DNA of 64,000 nt from Elusimicrobiota bacterium (GTDB lineage Bacteria; Elusimicrobiota; Elusimicrobia; F11). The notes under the pieces were generated by a model. That model searched no databases and was not told where the DNA came from. It saw nothing but the letters and a program-made list of their open reading frames with translations. Location of the stretch: positions 481,455-545,454 of the forward strand of contig JBGAON010000002.1 in the NCBI GenBank assembly GCA_044221725.1. The letters are read 5' to 3'. The position numbers and the translations under genes were made by a program. Every line of letters starts with the position of its first letter. The first letter of the stretch is position 1. Positions 49,068 to 61,730 of this stretch are shown here, piece after piece.

Positions 49068-49892
49068 ATGCATATTGTTACTTGTATCAAGCAAACACCG
49101 GCAACGGACAATGTACAGATTGATCCGGAAACGGGAACCTTAAAACGCGAGGGAATGGCAGCGGCCATTAACCCATTCGATGAATACGGAATTGAAGAAG
49201 CGGTTCGATTGAAGGAACGCGTCGGAGGCGATTCGACGGTTTCGTGTCTCACCATGGGCCCACCCCAAGCCGAACAAGCGTTGCGCGATGCGATTAGCCG
49301 AGGAGCCGATCAAGGCTTCCATGTGTGCGGACGGGAATTTGCCGGAGCTGATACGTGGGCAACGTCCTACACTCTGTTCAAAGCTCTCCAAAAAATTCAC
49401 AAAGAATTCAAACCGATCGATCTCATCATTTGCGGCAAACAAACCAACGACGGTGACACGGGCCACATCGGTCCGGGATTGGCCGCGTGGTTGGATTATC
49501 CGAATGTCGCCTACGTGCGCAAAGTGGAAGACATTAAATCCAACGGCATTGGGAAGGGCGGAACTATTACCGTTCACCGCATGATGGAAGACGGAACCGA
49601 TGTTCTTGAAATGGATTTGCCGGCCGTGATTGCAGTCGTTAAAGAAATCAACGAGCCGCGCGTTCCCTCTCTGAAAGGCAAAATGAACGCGAAAAAAGCG
49701 GAAATTCCGAAATGGGATGCCGCCGCGATCGGTGCAAACATGGCGTGCGTCGGGCTTAAAGGTTCTCCGACCATCGTTGCAAAAAGTTTTCGCCCACCAA
49801 TGAAAACCGGAGGCGTCGCGATTGAAGGTGCGAGCGCCGAGGAGAAAGCCAAAAATTTGGTCAGCAAACTCAAAGAGCTACATTTAATTTAA
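49068..49892 (+). CDS. etfB: Electron transfer flavoprotein beta subunit
   Basis: 274 aa EtfB with the N-terminus HIVTCIKQTPATDNV. Confidence 0.88.
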   Translation: MHIVTCIKQTPATDNVQIDPETGTLKREGMAAAINPFDEYGIEEAVRLKERVGGDSTVSCLTMGPPQAEQALRDAISRGADQGFHVCGREFAGADTWATSYTLFKALQKIHKEFKPIDLIICGKQTNDGDTGHIGPGLAAWLDYPNVAYVRKVEDIKSNGIGKGGTITVHRMMEDGTDVLEMDLPAVIAVVKEINEPRVPSLKGKMNAKKAEIPKWDAAAIGANMACVGLKGSPTIVAKSFRPPMKTGGVAIEGASAEEKAKNLVSKLKELHLI

Positions 49893-49911
49893 GGAAACCA
49901 GGACAAAAGAA

Positions 49912-50943
49912 ATGTCAGAAGAATCAATTCTCGCCATACCAATCGAACCACAAAATCACAAAGATGTTTGGATTTTTGCCGAGGTCCGGCACGGAAAGCT
50001 TATGCCGACCGCGTCCGAACTTCTCAATATCGGAAAAACTCTTGCCAAAGATTTGAACGAAAAACTTTGCGCGGTGATTATCGGTAAAAATGTTTCGCAA
50101 CACGCCACCGCGCTGACGGAACTCGGTGCGGACAAAGTGTATGTAATCGAACACGACAGTCTCGAACAGTTCGTCGATGAGACGTACGCGAATTTGCTTG
50201 TCGATCTGATGATCAAAGAAAAGCCGAACAAACTTTTAATGCCAGCCTCCATCACAGGCCGTTCGTTCGGAAGCCGCGTGGCCGTGCAAGCGAATACCGG
50301 CATTACAGCCGACGCGACCGAGCTAAATATCAATAAAGAAAAAGGCGGCGTGCTGAACGCAATTCGACCGTCCTTCGGTGGCACACTGATGGCAACGATT
50401 CTTTGTATTCGCGGGCATCGTCCGGAAATGGTGACAGTTCGCCCAATGGCTTTTCCTGCGGGTACGCCAGAAAAAGGACGCACCGGTGAAATGGTCAAAG
50501 TGCCGGTCGATCTTTCAAAATTTAAGTCACGCGAACGTCACGTAAAGTTTATTCCCGAGGCGTCGCAGGAAGTGGACATTTCGGGAGCCAATACGATTGT
50601 TGCAGGCGGGTACGGAATTGGAAGCGCTGAAGGTTTCAAGCCGCTCGTCGAGCTTGCGAAAACGATGGGCGCCGCCGTTGGAGCTAGCCGTCGCGCCGTT
50701 GATGCAGGTTGGATTCCCTATCGGCATCAAGTTGGTCTGACGGGCCGCGTGGTTCGTCCGAAACTTTATATTGCGGTAGGAATTTCGGGACAGATTCAAC
50801 ATCTGGCGGGAATGAATTCTTCCGACACGATTGTCGCGATCAACACGGATCCCGAAGCACCGCTCATGAAGCTGGCAACGTTTTCTGTGCAGGGCGATTT
50901 CAAAGAAATCTTGCCTGCAATTCAAAAAGAACTCGCACGCTAA
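49912..50943 (+). CDS. etfA: Electron transfer flavoprotein alpha subunit
   Basis: 343 aa EtfA with FAD-binding C-terminal domain motifs (VAVGISGQIQHLAG). Confidence 0.88.
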   Translation: MSEESILAIPIEPQNHKDVWIFAEVRHGKLMPTASELLNIGKTLAKDLNEKLCAVIIGKNVSQHATALTELGADKVYVIEHDSLEQFVDETYANLLVDLMIKEKPNKLLMPASITGRSFGSRVAVQANTGITADATELNINKEKGGVLNAIRPSFGGTLMATILCIRGHRPEMVTVRPMAFPAGTPEKGRTGEMVKVPVDLSKFKSRERHVKFIPEASQEVDISGANTIVAGGYGIGSAEGFKPLVELAKTMGAAVGASRRAVDAGWIPYRHQVGLTGRVVRPKLYIAVGISGQIQHLAGMNSSDTIVAINTDPEAPLMKLATFSVQGDFKEILPAIQKELAR

Positions 50944-50964
50944 AATAATTTGTTATTGTTTTAA

Positions 50965-51315
<351 letters not shown>

Positions 51316-51349
51316 GTCTTCAAGCATCGATCGCCGCAAGGCGAACAGG

Positions 51350-51387
51350 AAAACCCTCTCTTCCGAACAGGTAGAGAGGGTTTTTTC
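51350..51387 (+). terminator. Rho-independent terminator after the ferredoxin gene
   Basis: A 12-bp stem (AAAACCCTCTCT / AGAGAGGGTTTT) with an 11-nt loop is followed by a T-run. The A-run on the 5' side could make it bidirectional. Confidence 0.8.
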
Positions 51388-51416
51388 TTGCAATTCTCAG
51401 ATGATCCCGTTACAAT
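51388..51416 (+). promoter_or_regulatory. Putative sigma70 promoter for smc (TTGCAA, 17 nt spacer, TACAAT)
   Basis: -35 TTGCAA at 51388-51393, a 17-nt spacer, then -10 TACAAT at 51411-51416, about 75 nt upstream of the smc ATG. Confidence 0.5.
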
Positions 51417-51491
51417 GCCTCGCAGTTTTTCGCTACAGGTGGTGTTTCCGATAACGATTCACCACAAAATATAGCCAGGGGGCCCTCCGGC

Positions 51492-54400
51492 ATGCACTTA
51501 AAGCGCCTAGACATTGTTGGTTTCAAATCCTTTGCCGATAACATCCGACTCGACCTTGAACCCGGTATTACTGCGATAGTAGGACCAAATGGCTGCGGCA
51601 AATCCAATATCATCGATGCGGTTCGCTGGTGCCTCGGCGAAATGTCCGCAAAGTCTCTCCGATCCAATCTTATGCTCGACGTGGTATTCAATGGATCCGG
51701 TGCGCGGCCGCCACAAAACATGGCCGAAGTGACACTCACGTTTGATAACACCGACAAGAGACTACCGATTGATTTCAGCGAAGTTTCGATTTCACGTCGC
51801 TTGTTCCGCTCCGGCGAATCGGAATATTTCATCAACAAAACGCAGTGCCGATTGCGCGACATCAAAGAACTTTTCTTGGATACCGGAATGGGAGAAGACG
51901 GATATTCGTCTCTCGAGCAGGGGAAAGTTGAGTGGATTCTGCAAGCGAAGCCAGAAGAACGCCGCGAATTGTTCGAAGAAGCTGCCGGTGTTTCGAAATA
52001 CCGTGCGCGGCGCGAAGAAGCGCTACGAAAACTGGAACGTGTCGAAATCGATCTGTCTCGCCTCGCCGATATTATCTCCGTTACTTCCGACCAAATTCGC
52101 AAACTCGAAAACGCCGTTAATAAAGCAAAAACCTATCAGCGGATCCGCGAAGAACTAAAGACGATGGAAGTAAACGATTGGTTGCATCAGCTTTCCACCT
52201 CCGATACCGAGCTCATCGATGTGCGAGAGAAACTCGATAGCGCCCAGAAAAGCGCCGAGGAGTTGAATACGCAGTCTCATCAATTGGCCACCGAAGTGTC
52301 CGAACATCGCTTGATGCTGACGCAACTTGAAGAGGAGCTGCTGAGCGCCAACACAATCCTCAACACCATCGAATCGAATATCAAGATTGGCGAAGAACGC
52401 TTAAACAACGCGCGTCGACGCGACTCAGAAATTGAATCAACCCGGCAACATACCGAAGAAAATCTCGCGCGCGAGGAAGCTCGGTTGCGCGAGTTGAACG
52501 AACAGAAAAATGTGCTGGCGAAGACACTCGAGGAAATTGAACAAACGGGTGCGCAAATTGAATCCGAATTCGCGCAATCGCAACAAATTTTTGAGCACAG
52601 CAAAGAACAATTGACCGTAAAAAGCCAAGAATCAAAAGAAATCCGCGATCGAATTTTATCGGGTGCCCAGAGACGGTCCCACTTGCAGGCGCAAATGAGC
52701 GCTCTCACGTCGGACGTGGCGCGGCTGTCATCGCAACTCGAAAACATTGCTCGCGAAAAAGAAAAGGCGGCGCAACAACTGGCCGAGATCGAGCAAAAGC
52801 GTGCGATCGGCGAAACCCAGTCCAACGAACTCAAATCCTTGTTCGCACAAAAATCGACGGAACTTGAAGAAATGACCACGGCGATTCGGACAATGGAAGA
52901 ACAGGAATCGGCGTTGCGCTCACAGATTTTGACTCAAACCGAGGAAATCGCGAAGATCAAAGGCCAAATCCATTCCATTCAGGATCAACAAACATCCGAT
53001 CCCTACTTGGCAGGCGCCCAAGCGGTGCTTTCAGCAAATCTCGAAGGGATTTATGGCCCCATCGGCCGACTCATTCAAACCGAAGACGCGAACCGCGACA
53101 TTGTGGCCGCCACGATTGGCGAACACTTGGGAGATCTCGTCGCCGACACAATGGACGCGGCTCAACACGCGATCGATTTCCTGCACAACGAACGGAAGGG
53201 GCGGGTGCGCATTTGGATTCTTGAGAAGCTCGCCGCCGCAAACACCGGCAACCTCGGCACGCTCCCAACGGGACAAACGCTCTTAAGCTGCATCAAAACC
53301 GATTCGAAGTTTGAACCGCTGTTGCAACACCTGTACGCCTCTCTCTGGATCCAGGGCACCGCCGTTTACGGCCACGCCCTTGTGAACGGCGGCGTCGACC
53401 CATCCAAATGGAAAAGTCACATTTCGCATCGCATGCCAGAGCTCGAAAAAGCATTGGCGACGCACGAGAAATGGAAAGTGGAACTGGAAGAAAAATTGGT
53501 CGCGCTCGATCAACAAATGATTGAGACCGCCGCGAGAAAAGAAAGCGGCGTCAAAGAATTGGAAGAGTCTCGAATTCGATTGGAACTTGCGCTCGAGGAA
53601 TTGTCGCGTGTCGCTTCCCAGAAGGCGTCGATTGAGCGTGAGCAATCCGCCATTCTTTTGAACGAAGAGCGGATTATCAAAGATAAAGACCACGCGTCCC
53701 TTAAGCACGACGAATGCCTCGCGCAATTTAACGGTATTCAGAACGAAGAAAAAGACAATCACGATCGGTTGGAGCAACTGCAGCACGAACTGGCGGAAAC
53801 GCAACAGGCGCACGCCACGGCGTCCGCGGACCTCGCGGCGCAACAGGGGAAACTAAAATCGCATCAGGAAAAAGTGAACTGGCAGCGTTCGATTGTGGAT
53901 CACAACGATCGTGAGATTTCAAATATCGGTCAAACAGTCGAAAGACACCGCTTTTCTCTCGGCGAAATGGATTCGCAGCGCGAAGAAGCAAAGCTCGCGC
54001 AAACAGAAGCGACCGAACTCATCAATTCATCGCTCGCAAAACGGCAAGAAGCAGCCGATGCGTGCACGAACATTCAAACGAAGCGCGCCGAACTCACCGA
54101 GCAGGTGCAATCGAAAGAACAGGATCTTTCAAAGGTCCGCAGCGAACTAAACGCGCTGCACGAATTGATTCAGAGTGAAATGCTGCGCGAAGCCAATATT
54201 AAAAATCGCGTGGAGACATTTACACAGAAGCTTCAGGACCAATACGAAATGACGTTGGACGCGGCCAAAGCACAGTTTGTGACCCCGGTCGCTGCCGATG
54301 TCGAGACACTCGAAAAGTTAAAGAAGCGCGTCGCTAACATGGGCCCCATCAATCTTGAAGCACCACAGGAGCACGCGGAATTGTCGGAGAAGAACACGTT

Positions 54401-54977
54401 CTTGACCACGCAGCAAGCGGATTTGCTGAAAGCGCGCGAAGACCTGAAACAAGTGATCGCAAAAATCAATTCCACAACGCGCGAACATTTCCGCGAGACA
54501 TTCGACAAGGTCCGCGAGAACTTTCGCAATCTTTATGGAAAATTGTTCCAGGGCGGAGAAGCCGATCTCCGTTTCACCGACGAGAACGATATTCTCAACA
54601 CCGGCGTCGATATTTTCTGTCAACCTCCAGGCAAAAAATTGCTGCACATTTCTCTGCTCTCGGGCGGAGAAAAGGCGCTTACGGCGATCGCTCTTCTGTT
54701 TGCGTTCTTCCAAGTGCGCCCGTCACCGGTTGCGCTCTTGGACGAAGTCGACGCGCCCCTCGATGAAGCAAACGTTTTGCGCTACGTCGACATGATCAAG
54801 GTTTTTAGCGAAAAGAGTCAGTTCATGTTGATCAGTCACAACAAGCGCACAATGGAAGCGGCCAACACGCTGTACGGTGTGACGATGGAAGAGTTGGGCG
54901 TGTCCAAAGTGCTGTCGGCGCGCCTCGCAAAGAAACAAGTTGCAGAAGCGACCGCAACCGCTCCCGCGACCGCGTAA
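51492..54977 (+). CDS. smc: Chromosome partition protein SMC
   Basis: 1161 aa. N-terminal Walker A (GPNGCGKSN), long coiled coils with a central hinge, and a C-terminal signature (LSGGEKALTA) plus Walker B (LLDEVDAPLD). Confidence 0.93.
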   Translation: MHLKRLDIVGFKSFADNIRLDLEPGITAIVGPNGCGKSNIIDAVRWCLGEMSAKSLRSNLMLDVVFNGSGARPPQNMAEVTLTFDNTDKRLPIDFSEVSISRRLFRSGESEYFINKTQCRLRDIKELFLDTGMGEDGYSSLEQGKVEWILQAKPEERRELFEEAAGVSKYRARREEALRKLERVEIDLSRLADIISVTSDQIRKLENAVNKAKTYQRIREELKTMEVNDWLHQLSTSDTELIDVREKLDSAQKSAEELNTQSHQLATEVSEHRLMLTQLEEELLSANTILNTIESNIKIGEERLNNARRRDSEIESTRQHTEENLAREEARLRELNEQKNVLAKTLEEIEQTGAQIESEFAQSQQIFEHSKEQLTVKSQESKEIRDRILSGAQRRSHLQAQMSALTSDVARLSSQLENIAREKEKAAQQLAEIEQKRAIGETQSNELKSLFAQKSTELEEMTTAIRTMEEQESALRSQILTQTEEIAKIKGQIHSIQDQQTSDPYLAGAQAVLSANLEGIYGPIGRLIQTEDANRDIVAATIGEHLGDLVADTMDAAQHAIDFLHNERKGRVRIWILEKLAAANTGNLGTLPTGQTLLSCIKTDSKFEPLLQHLYASLWIQGTAVYGHALVNGGVDPSKWKSHISHRMPELEKALATHEKWKVELEEKLVALDQQMIETAARKESGVKELEESRIRLELALEELSRVASQKASIEREQSAILLNEERIIKDKDHASLKHDECLAQFNGIQNEEKDNHDRLEQLQHELAETQQAHATASADLAAQQGKLKSHQEKVNWQRSIVDHNDREISNIGQTVERHRFSLGEMDSQREEAKLAQTEATELINSSLAKRQEAADACTNIQTKRAELTEQVQSKEQDLSKVRSELNALHELIQSEMLREANIKNRVETFTQKLQDQYEMTLDAAKAQFVTPVAADVETLEKLKKRVANMGPINLEAPQEHAELSEKNTFLTTQQADLLKAREDLKQVIAKINSTTREHFRETFDKVRENFRNLYGKLFQGGEADLRFTDENDILNTGVDIFCQPPGKKLLHISLLSGGEKALTAIALLFAFFQVRPSPVALLDEVDAPLDEANVLRYVDMIKVFSEKSQFMLISHNKRTMEAANTLYGVTMEELGVSKVLSARLAKKQVAEATATAPATA

Positions 54978-55737
54978 CCGCCTGCAACGCCAAACCATAT
55001 CTTCAATTAACATTCTCGGCACCCACGTGCATAAAGTGGGGGAGACTGAGTTGTTCGCCCTGTTGGAAACTTGGCTTCGTTCGGATTCCGTACACCAAGT
55101 TGTTACGGCCAACGCGTTATTGGTGGTCGAAGCGCAAACAGATTCAACACTCAAAGATGTTTGTTCGTCGGCGTCGATTGTTGTTCCGGAATCCGCCGGC
55201 ATCGACTGGGCCGCGAACAGACTGGGTGACGCGTTTCCGTTCGCCATCGCCGGAATCGATCTGGCTTATACGCTTTGTCAGAAAGCTTCCAATTTATCGG
55301 TTCCGATCTATCTGTTTGGCGGCGGACCCGGTGTTGCCGATGCCGCGGCACAAAAACTTTCCACGGAAATTCCTGGGCTCACCATCGGAGGAACTTCATC
55401 CGGTTTCCTAGATCAGCATCAAGAAGAACTGATAATCAATGAAATAAAAAAATCTGGCGCGCGTCTTGTTCTTGTGGCGCTGGGAATGCCGCGGCAAGAT
55501 AATTGGATACATGAGAACCGTTACCGGCTGCCGCCGGCTGTTTATATTGGGGTGGGAGGAACCTTCGATGTTTGGGCCGGACGCGTGAAACGCGCTCCAA
55601 AATGGATGCGAAATCGCCGCCTGGAATGGCTTTACCGGTTGCTGCAGGAACCTTCCCGTTGGCGGCGCATGGCACGCTTGCCGGGCTTTGCGCTCGCTGT
55701 TTTCCGACAAAAATTTGATACCATTTCGCGACGCTAA
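54940..55737 (+). CDS. WecG/TagA/CpsF-family glycosyltransferase (GT26; UDP-ManNAc(A) transferase-like)
   Basis: About 265 aa whose core aligns with E. coli WecG (conserved C-terminal VGGTFDVWAGRVKRAP...LEWLYRL). The exact start is uncertain. Using the ATG at 54940 overlaps smc by 38 nt. Confidence 0.75.
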   Translation: MQKRPQPLPRPRNRLQRQTISSINILGTHVHKVGETELFALLETWLRSDSVHQVVTANALLVVEAQTDSTLKDVCSSASIVVPESAGIDWAANRLGDAFPFAIAGIDLAYTLCQKASNLSVPIYLFGGGPGVADAAAQKLSTEIPGLTIGGTSSGFLDQHQEELIINEIKKSGARLVLVALGMPRQDNWIHENRYRLPPAVYIGVGGTFDVWAGRVKRAPKWMRNRRLEWLYRLLQEPSRWRRMARLPGFALAVFRQKFDTISRR

Positions 55738-55755
55738 GGCTTGAACAAGCCAAAC

Positions 55756-55792
55756 GGGCGATCCCCCACGCGGGTGATTGCCCTATTTTTTT
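55756..55792 (+). terminator. Putative rho-independent terminator upstream of rpmB
   Basis: A GC-rich imperfect hairpin (GGGCGATCCCCCACGCGGGTGATTGCCC) is followed by TATTTTTTT. Confidence 0.6.
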
Positions 55793-55808
55793 CTAAGGGG
55801 ATTTTTAT

Positions 55809-56063
55809 ATGTCCAAACGATGTGATTTGACCGGCGTTGGCCCAATGTCCGGTATGAACGTTTCGCACTCCAACCGCCACACGAAACGGCGTTGGGAACC
55901 GAATTTGAAAAAGAAACGAATTTTCGTTGCTGAAGAAAATCGCTGGATCACTGTGAAACTCACAACCGGCGCACTGAAGACGCTTACGAAGAAAGGCCTC
56001 AAGTCTGTCGAAAAAATGAAGGCCCGCGTCATCCGCCAGAATCCCAGCCTGAAACACGTTTAA
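55809..56063 (+). CDS. rpmB: 50S ribosomal protein L28
   Basis: 84 aa beginning MSKRCDLTG and containing NVSHSNRHTKRRWEPNL, typical of L28. Confidence 0.9.
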   Translation: MSKRCDLTGVGPMSGMNVSHSNRHTKRRWEPNLKKKRIFVAEENRWITVKLTTGALKTLTKKGLKSVEKMKARVIRQNPSLKHV

Positions 56064-56104
56064 CAGTTTCATTTCTCGTCACGCCCTCGCGCTTTTTGCC
56101 CGTT

Positions 56105-57052
56105 ATGAAAAAGTCCGATGCTTTCTATATGCAACGCGCATTGGACCTTGCAGCAAAAGGCAAGCTGCGCGCCCACCCCAACCCTTGTGTTGGTTGCGTG
56201 ATTGTTAAAAACGGAAAAGTTCTAGCCGAAGGCTACCACGAATATTATGGCGGCCCGCACGCCGAAGTTGTCGCGCTCGAGAGCGTTGGAACGCGTGCTC
56301 GCGGCGCAACAATGTACGTAACCTTGGAACCCTGCACGCATTGGGGAAAAACGCCGCCATGCGCACCGCTCGTGGCGCGCTCCGGCGTGAAGCGGGTCGT
56401 GGTGGCAATGAAAGATCCGAATGAAATCGTTGCTGGACGTGGAATTGCCTATTTGAAGAAAGCCCGCATCCGCGTTCAGGTTGGCGTTAAAGAAGCCGCC
56501 GCGCGCGATTTAAATCGCAGCTTCGTGACGTGGATGACAAAGAAACGCCCCTACGTGATTCTCAAGATGGCCACAACACTGGACGGAAAAATCGCCACGC
56601 GTTCCGGTGAATCCAAATGGATTTCAAGCGAAATGTCTCGCAAACTCGTTCACCGATTGCGCGCCGAATCGGAAGCTGTTCTCGTCGGTGCGCGGACGGC
56701 CCGTCTCGACAAACCGGCTCTTACCAGCCACGGCCAGGGACGCGACCCTCACCGCATTGTTTGGAATGGAAAAGGTTCTGTTAAAAAACTGCTTCGGCGG
56801 CTCGCAACAAATTCGGTTTCGCAACTGCTGGTGGAAGGCGGCGGGGAAACCGCGTGGCGCTTTCTAAAAGAAAAATGCGTGGACGAGATTTATTTTTTTA
56901 TAGCGCCGAAAATCATTGGCGGTCGAACCGCTAAAACGGCGGTCGAAGGAGAAGGGTTTCGACACATGAACGAAGCGTTGCCGATTTTGAACCTTTCCGT
57001 CTCGCGCATCAGCAATGACTTGTTGCTGCACGGTACCATGAAGGCGGCCTAA
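56105..57052 (+). CDS. ribD: Bifunctional riboflavin biosynthesis deaminase/reductase RibD
   Basis: The ATG at 56105 gives a typical N-terminus (MKKSDAFYMQRALDLA); the ORF-track start at 56096 is upstream. CMP/dCMP deaminase zinc motifs HAEVVAL and PCTHWGKTPPC, then a C-terminal reductase domain. Confidence 0.9.
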   Translation: MKKSDAFYMQRALDLAAKGKLRAHPNPCVGCVIVKNGKVLAEGYHEYYGGPHAEVVALESVGTRARGATMYVTLEPCTHWGKTPPCAPLVARSGVKRVVVAMKDPNEIVAGRGIAYLKKARIRVQVGVKEAAARDLNRSFVTWMTKKRPYVILKMATTLDGKIATRSGESKWISSEMSRKLVHRLRAESEAVLVGARTARLDKPALTSHGQGRDPHRIVWNGKGSVKKLLRRLATNSVSQLLVEGGGETAWRFLKEKCVDEIYFFIAPKIIGGRTAKTAVEGEGFRHMNEALPILNLSVSRISNDLLLHGTMKAA

Positions 57053-57636
57053 TGTTCTCCGGACTCGTTCAACATATTGGCACGATCGTTTCAAACCATC
57101 GGAACCGGATTTCGGTTCGCGTTGTTCTACCGAAAACAAAACTCGGCGACAGCGTGGCATTGAACGGTATTTGTTTAACCGTGACGCGCCTCGCACGCTC
57201 CGGAAAAGAAAACGAACTTGCGTTTGATGTTTCAAAAGAGACGCAACGCAAAACAACCATCGACAATTGGAAGCCGGGACTGCATGTGAATGTCGAGCGG
57301 GCGTTGCGCGCAACCGACGCGCTCGGAGGCCACATTGTGCAGGGCCACGTGGACGGCGTTGGGCGTCTTGCGAAGATTGTGGACGTATCGGGCTCGAAGG
57401 AATATTGGTTCCAGTGTCCGAGAGCGATTTCTCGTTACATTGTTCCGAAAGGTTCGGTGACCGTGGATGGCGTGAGCTTGACGGCCGTGAAGGTATCAAA
57501 CAAAGCCTTTTCGGTGGCCCTGATTCCTTACACGCTGACGCACACGAATCTTGGAAAACTAAAGAAGGGAGACAGCGTCAATTTGGAAGCCGACATTATG
57601 GGAAAATACGTCTCTAAATATTTGCGACAAAAATGA
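57052..57636 (+). CDS. ribE: Riboflavin synthase (alpha subunit)
   Basis: 194 aa with N-terminal MFSGLVQHIG and duplicated lumazine-binding repeats. Confidence 0.9.
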   Translation: MFSGLVQHIGTIVSNHRNRISVRVVLPKTKLGDSVALNGICLTVTRLARSGKENELAFDVSKETQRKTTIDNWKPGLHVNVERALRATDALGGHIVQGHVDGVGRLAKIVDVSGSKEYWFQCPRAISRYIVPKGSVTVDGVSLTAVKVSNKAFSVALIPYTLTHTNLGKLKKGDSVNLEADIMGKYVSKYLRQK

Positions 57637-58838
57637 AACCGACCTTTTCATCCATACCAGAAGCCATCAAACATATTCGACAGGGGAAAATGATCATCGT
57701 CGTCGATGATCCCGACCGTGAAAACGAAGGGGATTTGATCATTGCGGCCGAAAAGGCGACACCCACCGCGATTAACTTTATGGCGCGCCACGGACGTGGC
57801 CTAATTTGCGTGCCAATGATGGGAGATCGTCTCGATAAACTTGGGCTTACCCCCATGGTAAATGTGAACACGGAACTTCGGGAAGCGGCGTTCACCGTGA
57901 GTGTTGATGTTAAAAAAGGAACCTCCACAGGAATCTCCGCCGCCGATCGTGCGAAAACGATCCTTGCGTTGATTGATAACAAAACAAAAGCGGACGATCT
58001 CGCGAAACCGGGACATGTGTTTCCGCTGCGCGCCCGAGCCGGGGGCGTGCTTGTTCGCACCGGACATACCGAAGCCGGCGTCGATTTGGCGCGGCTCGCC
58101 GGTCTCGCGCCCGCCGCTGTGATTTGCGAGATTATGAGCCCCAACGGTTCGATGGCCCGCTTGCCCGCTCTTCTTAAGATGGCCAAGCGTCACAAATTGC
58201 CGATCATCACAATCCGCGATCTCATTTCGTACCGTCGCCATCATGAAAAGCTCGTGAAAAGGTTGGTTACAGCGCGGCTGCCCACGCAAGCCGGCGAATT
58301 CGATTTGCATCTCTACGAAGACGAAGTTCTTGGGGAACATCACGTGGCGCTTGTAAAAGGAAGCGTGGATGGCGAGAAGGACGTGCTTGTCCGTGTGCAT
58401 TCCTCATGCTTCACGGGCGACGTGTTGCATTCCTTGCGCTGCGACTGCGGCGATCAGCTGCGAACGGCACTTGACATGATTCAGCACGAGAAGCGCGGTG
58501 TGGTTCTTTACATGCATCAAGAAGGACGGGGTATTGGCCTTATGAACAAACTGCACGCCTACGTGCTGCAAGACAAAGGACTCGACACCGTTCAAGCAAA
58601 TTTGAAATTGGGTTTTCCGGCGGATCTGCGCGATTACGGTATCGGTGCACAAATCTTGAGTGACCTTGGCCTTTCGACGATTCATTTGATAACAAACAAT
58701 CCGCGGAAGATTGTGGGGCTGGATGGTTACGGTTTGCGCGTAACGAAGCGGGTATCTCTCGTGATTCCGCCGAACAAATTGAACGCTCGGTATTTGGCCA
58801 CAAAGAAAAAGAAACTGGGACATCTGCTACCAAAATGA
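57633..58838 (+). CDS. ribBA: Bifunctional 3,4-dihydroxy-2-butanone-4-phosphate synthase / GTP cyclohydrolase II
   Basis: 401 aa. N-terminal DHBP synthase with the motif ENEGDLI. C-terminal GTP cyclohydrolase II with a CxxC...C zinc motif (CFTGDVLHSLRCDCG). Confidence 0.92.
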   Translation: MKPTFSSIPEAIKHIRQGKMIIVVDDPDRENEGDLIIAAEKATPTAINFMARHGRGLICVPMMGDRLDKLGLTPMVNVNTELREAAFTVSVDVKKGTSTGISAADRAKTILALIDNKTKADDLAKPGHVFPLRARAGGVLVRTGHTEAGVDLARLAGLAPAAVICEIMSPNGSMARLPALLKMAKRHKLPIITIRDLISYRRHHEKLVKRLVTARLPTQAGEFDLHLYEDEVLGEHHVALVKGSVDGEKDVLVRVHSSCFTGDVLHSLRCDCGDQLRTALDMIQHEKRGVVLYMHQEGRGIGLMNKLHAYVLQDKGLDTVQANLKLGFPADLRDYGIGAQILSDLGLSTIHLITNNPRKIVGLDGYGLRVTKRVSLVIPPNKLNARYLATKKKKLGHLLPK

Positions 58839-59278
58839 AAAAAGCCATTCGTGTTGCGATCACTGTTTCCAAATTTAATTCGGAGATCACAAACAATCTT
58901 CTCGATTGTTGCGTGAGCGAGCTTGCGCACTCGGGTGTAAAGCGATCCGATATTAATATTGTGTGGGTTCCGGGCGCGTACGAATTGCCGTTTGCGGCGG
59001 ACCAACTGGCAAGTTCTAAAAAATTTGACGCTGTTATTTGCCTCGGCTGTGTCATCAAAGGGGAAACATCGCACGATTTGCACGTGGCTTCCTGGGCGGC
59101 GAACGGAATCGGACAGGTCGGTCTCAAAACGGGTGTTCCGACGTTGTTCGGCGTGCTCACACCAAATTCTCAGGAACAAGCGATCGAACGTTCAAAACCC
59201 GGTGAGCTCAATCGCGGCAAAGAAGTGGCCGAAGCAGCAATAGAAATGATCCGGCTGAACCGCGCGGGATTTCGTTAA
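58835..59278 (+). CDS. ribH: 6,7-dimethyl-8-ribityllumazine synthase
   Basis: 147 aa. Lumazine synthase fold (VAITVSKFNSEIT...VWVPGAYELP). Confidence 0.92.
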   Translation: MKKAIRVAITVSKFNSEITNNLLDCCVSELAHSGVKRSDINIVWVPGAYELPFAADQLASSKKFDAVICLGCVIKGETSHDLHVASWAANGIGQVGLKTGVPTLFGVLTPNSQEQAIERSKPGELNRGKEVAEAAIEMIRLNRAGFR

Positions 59279-59280
59279 TT

Positions 59281-61717
<2,437 letters not shown>

Positions 61718-61730
61718 GGAGGTTTTTTCC

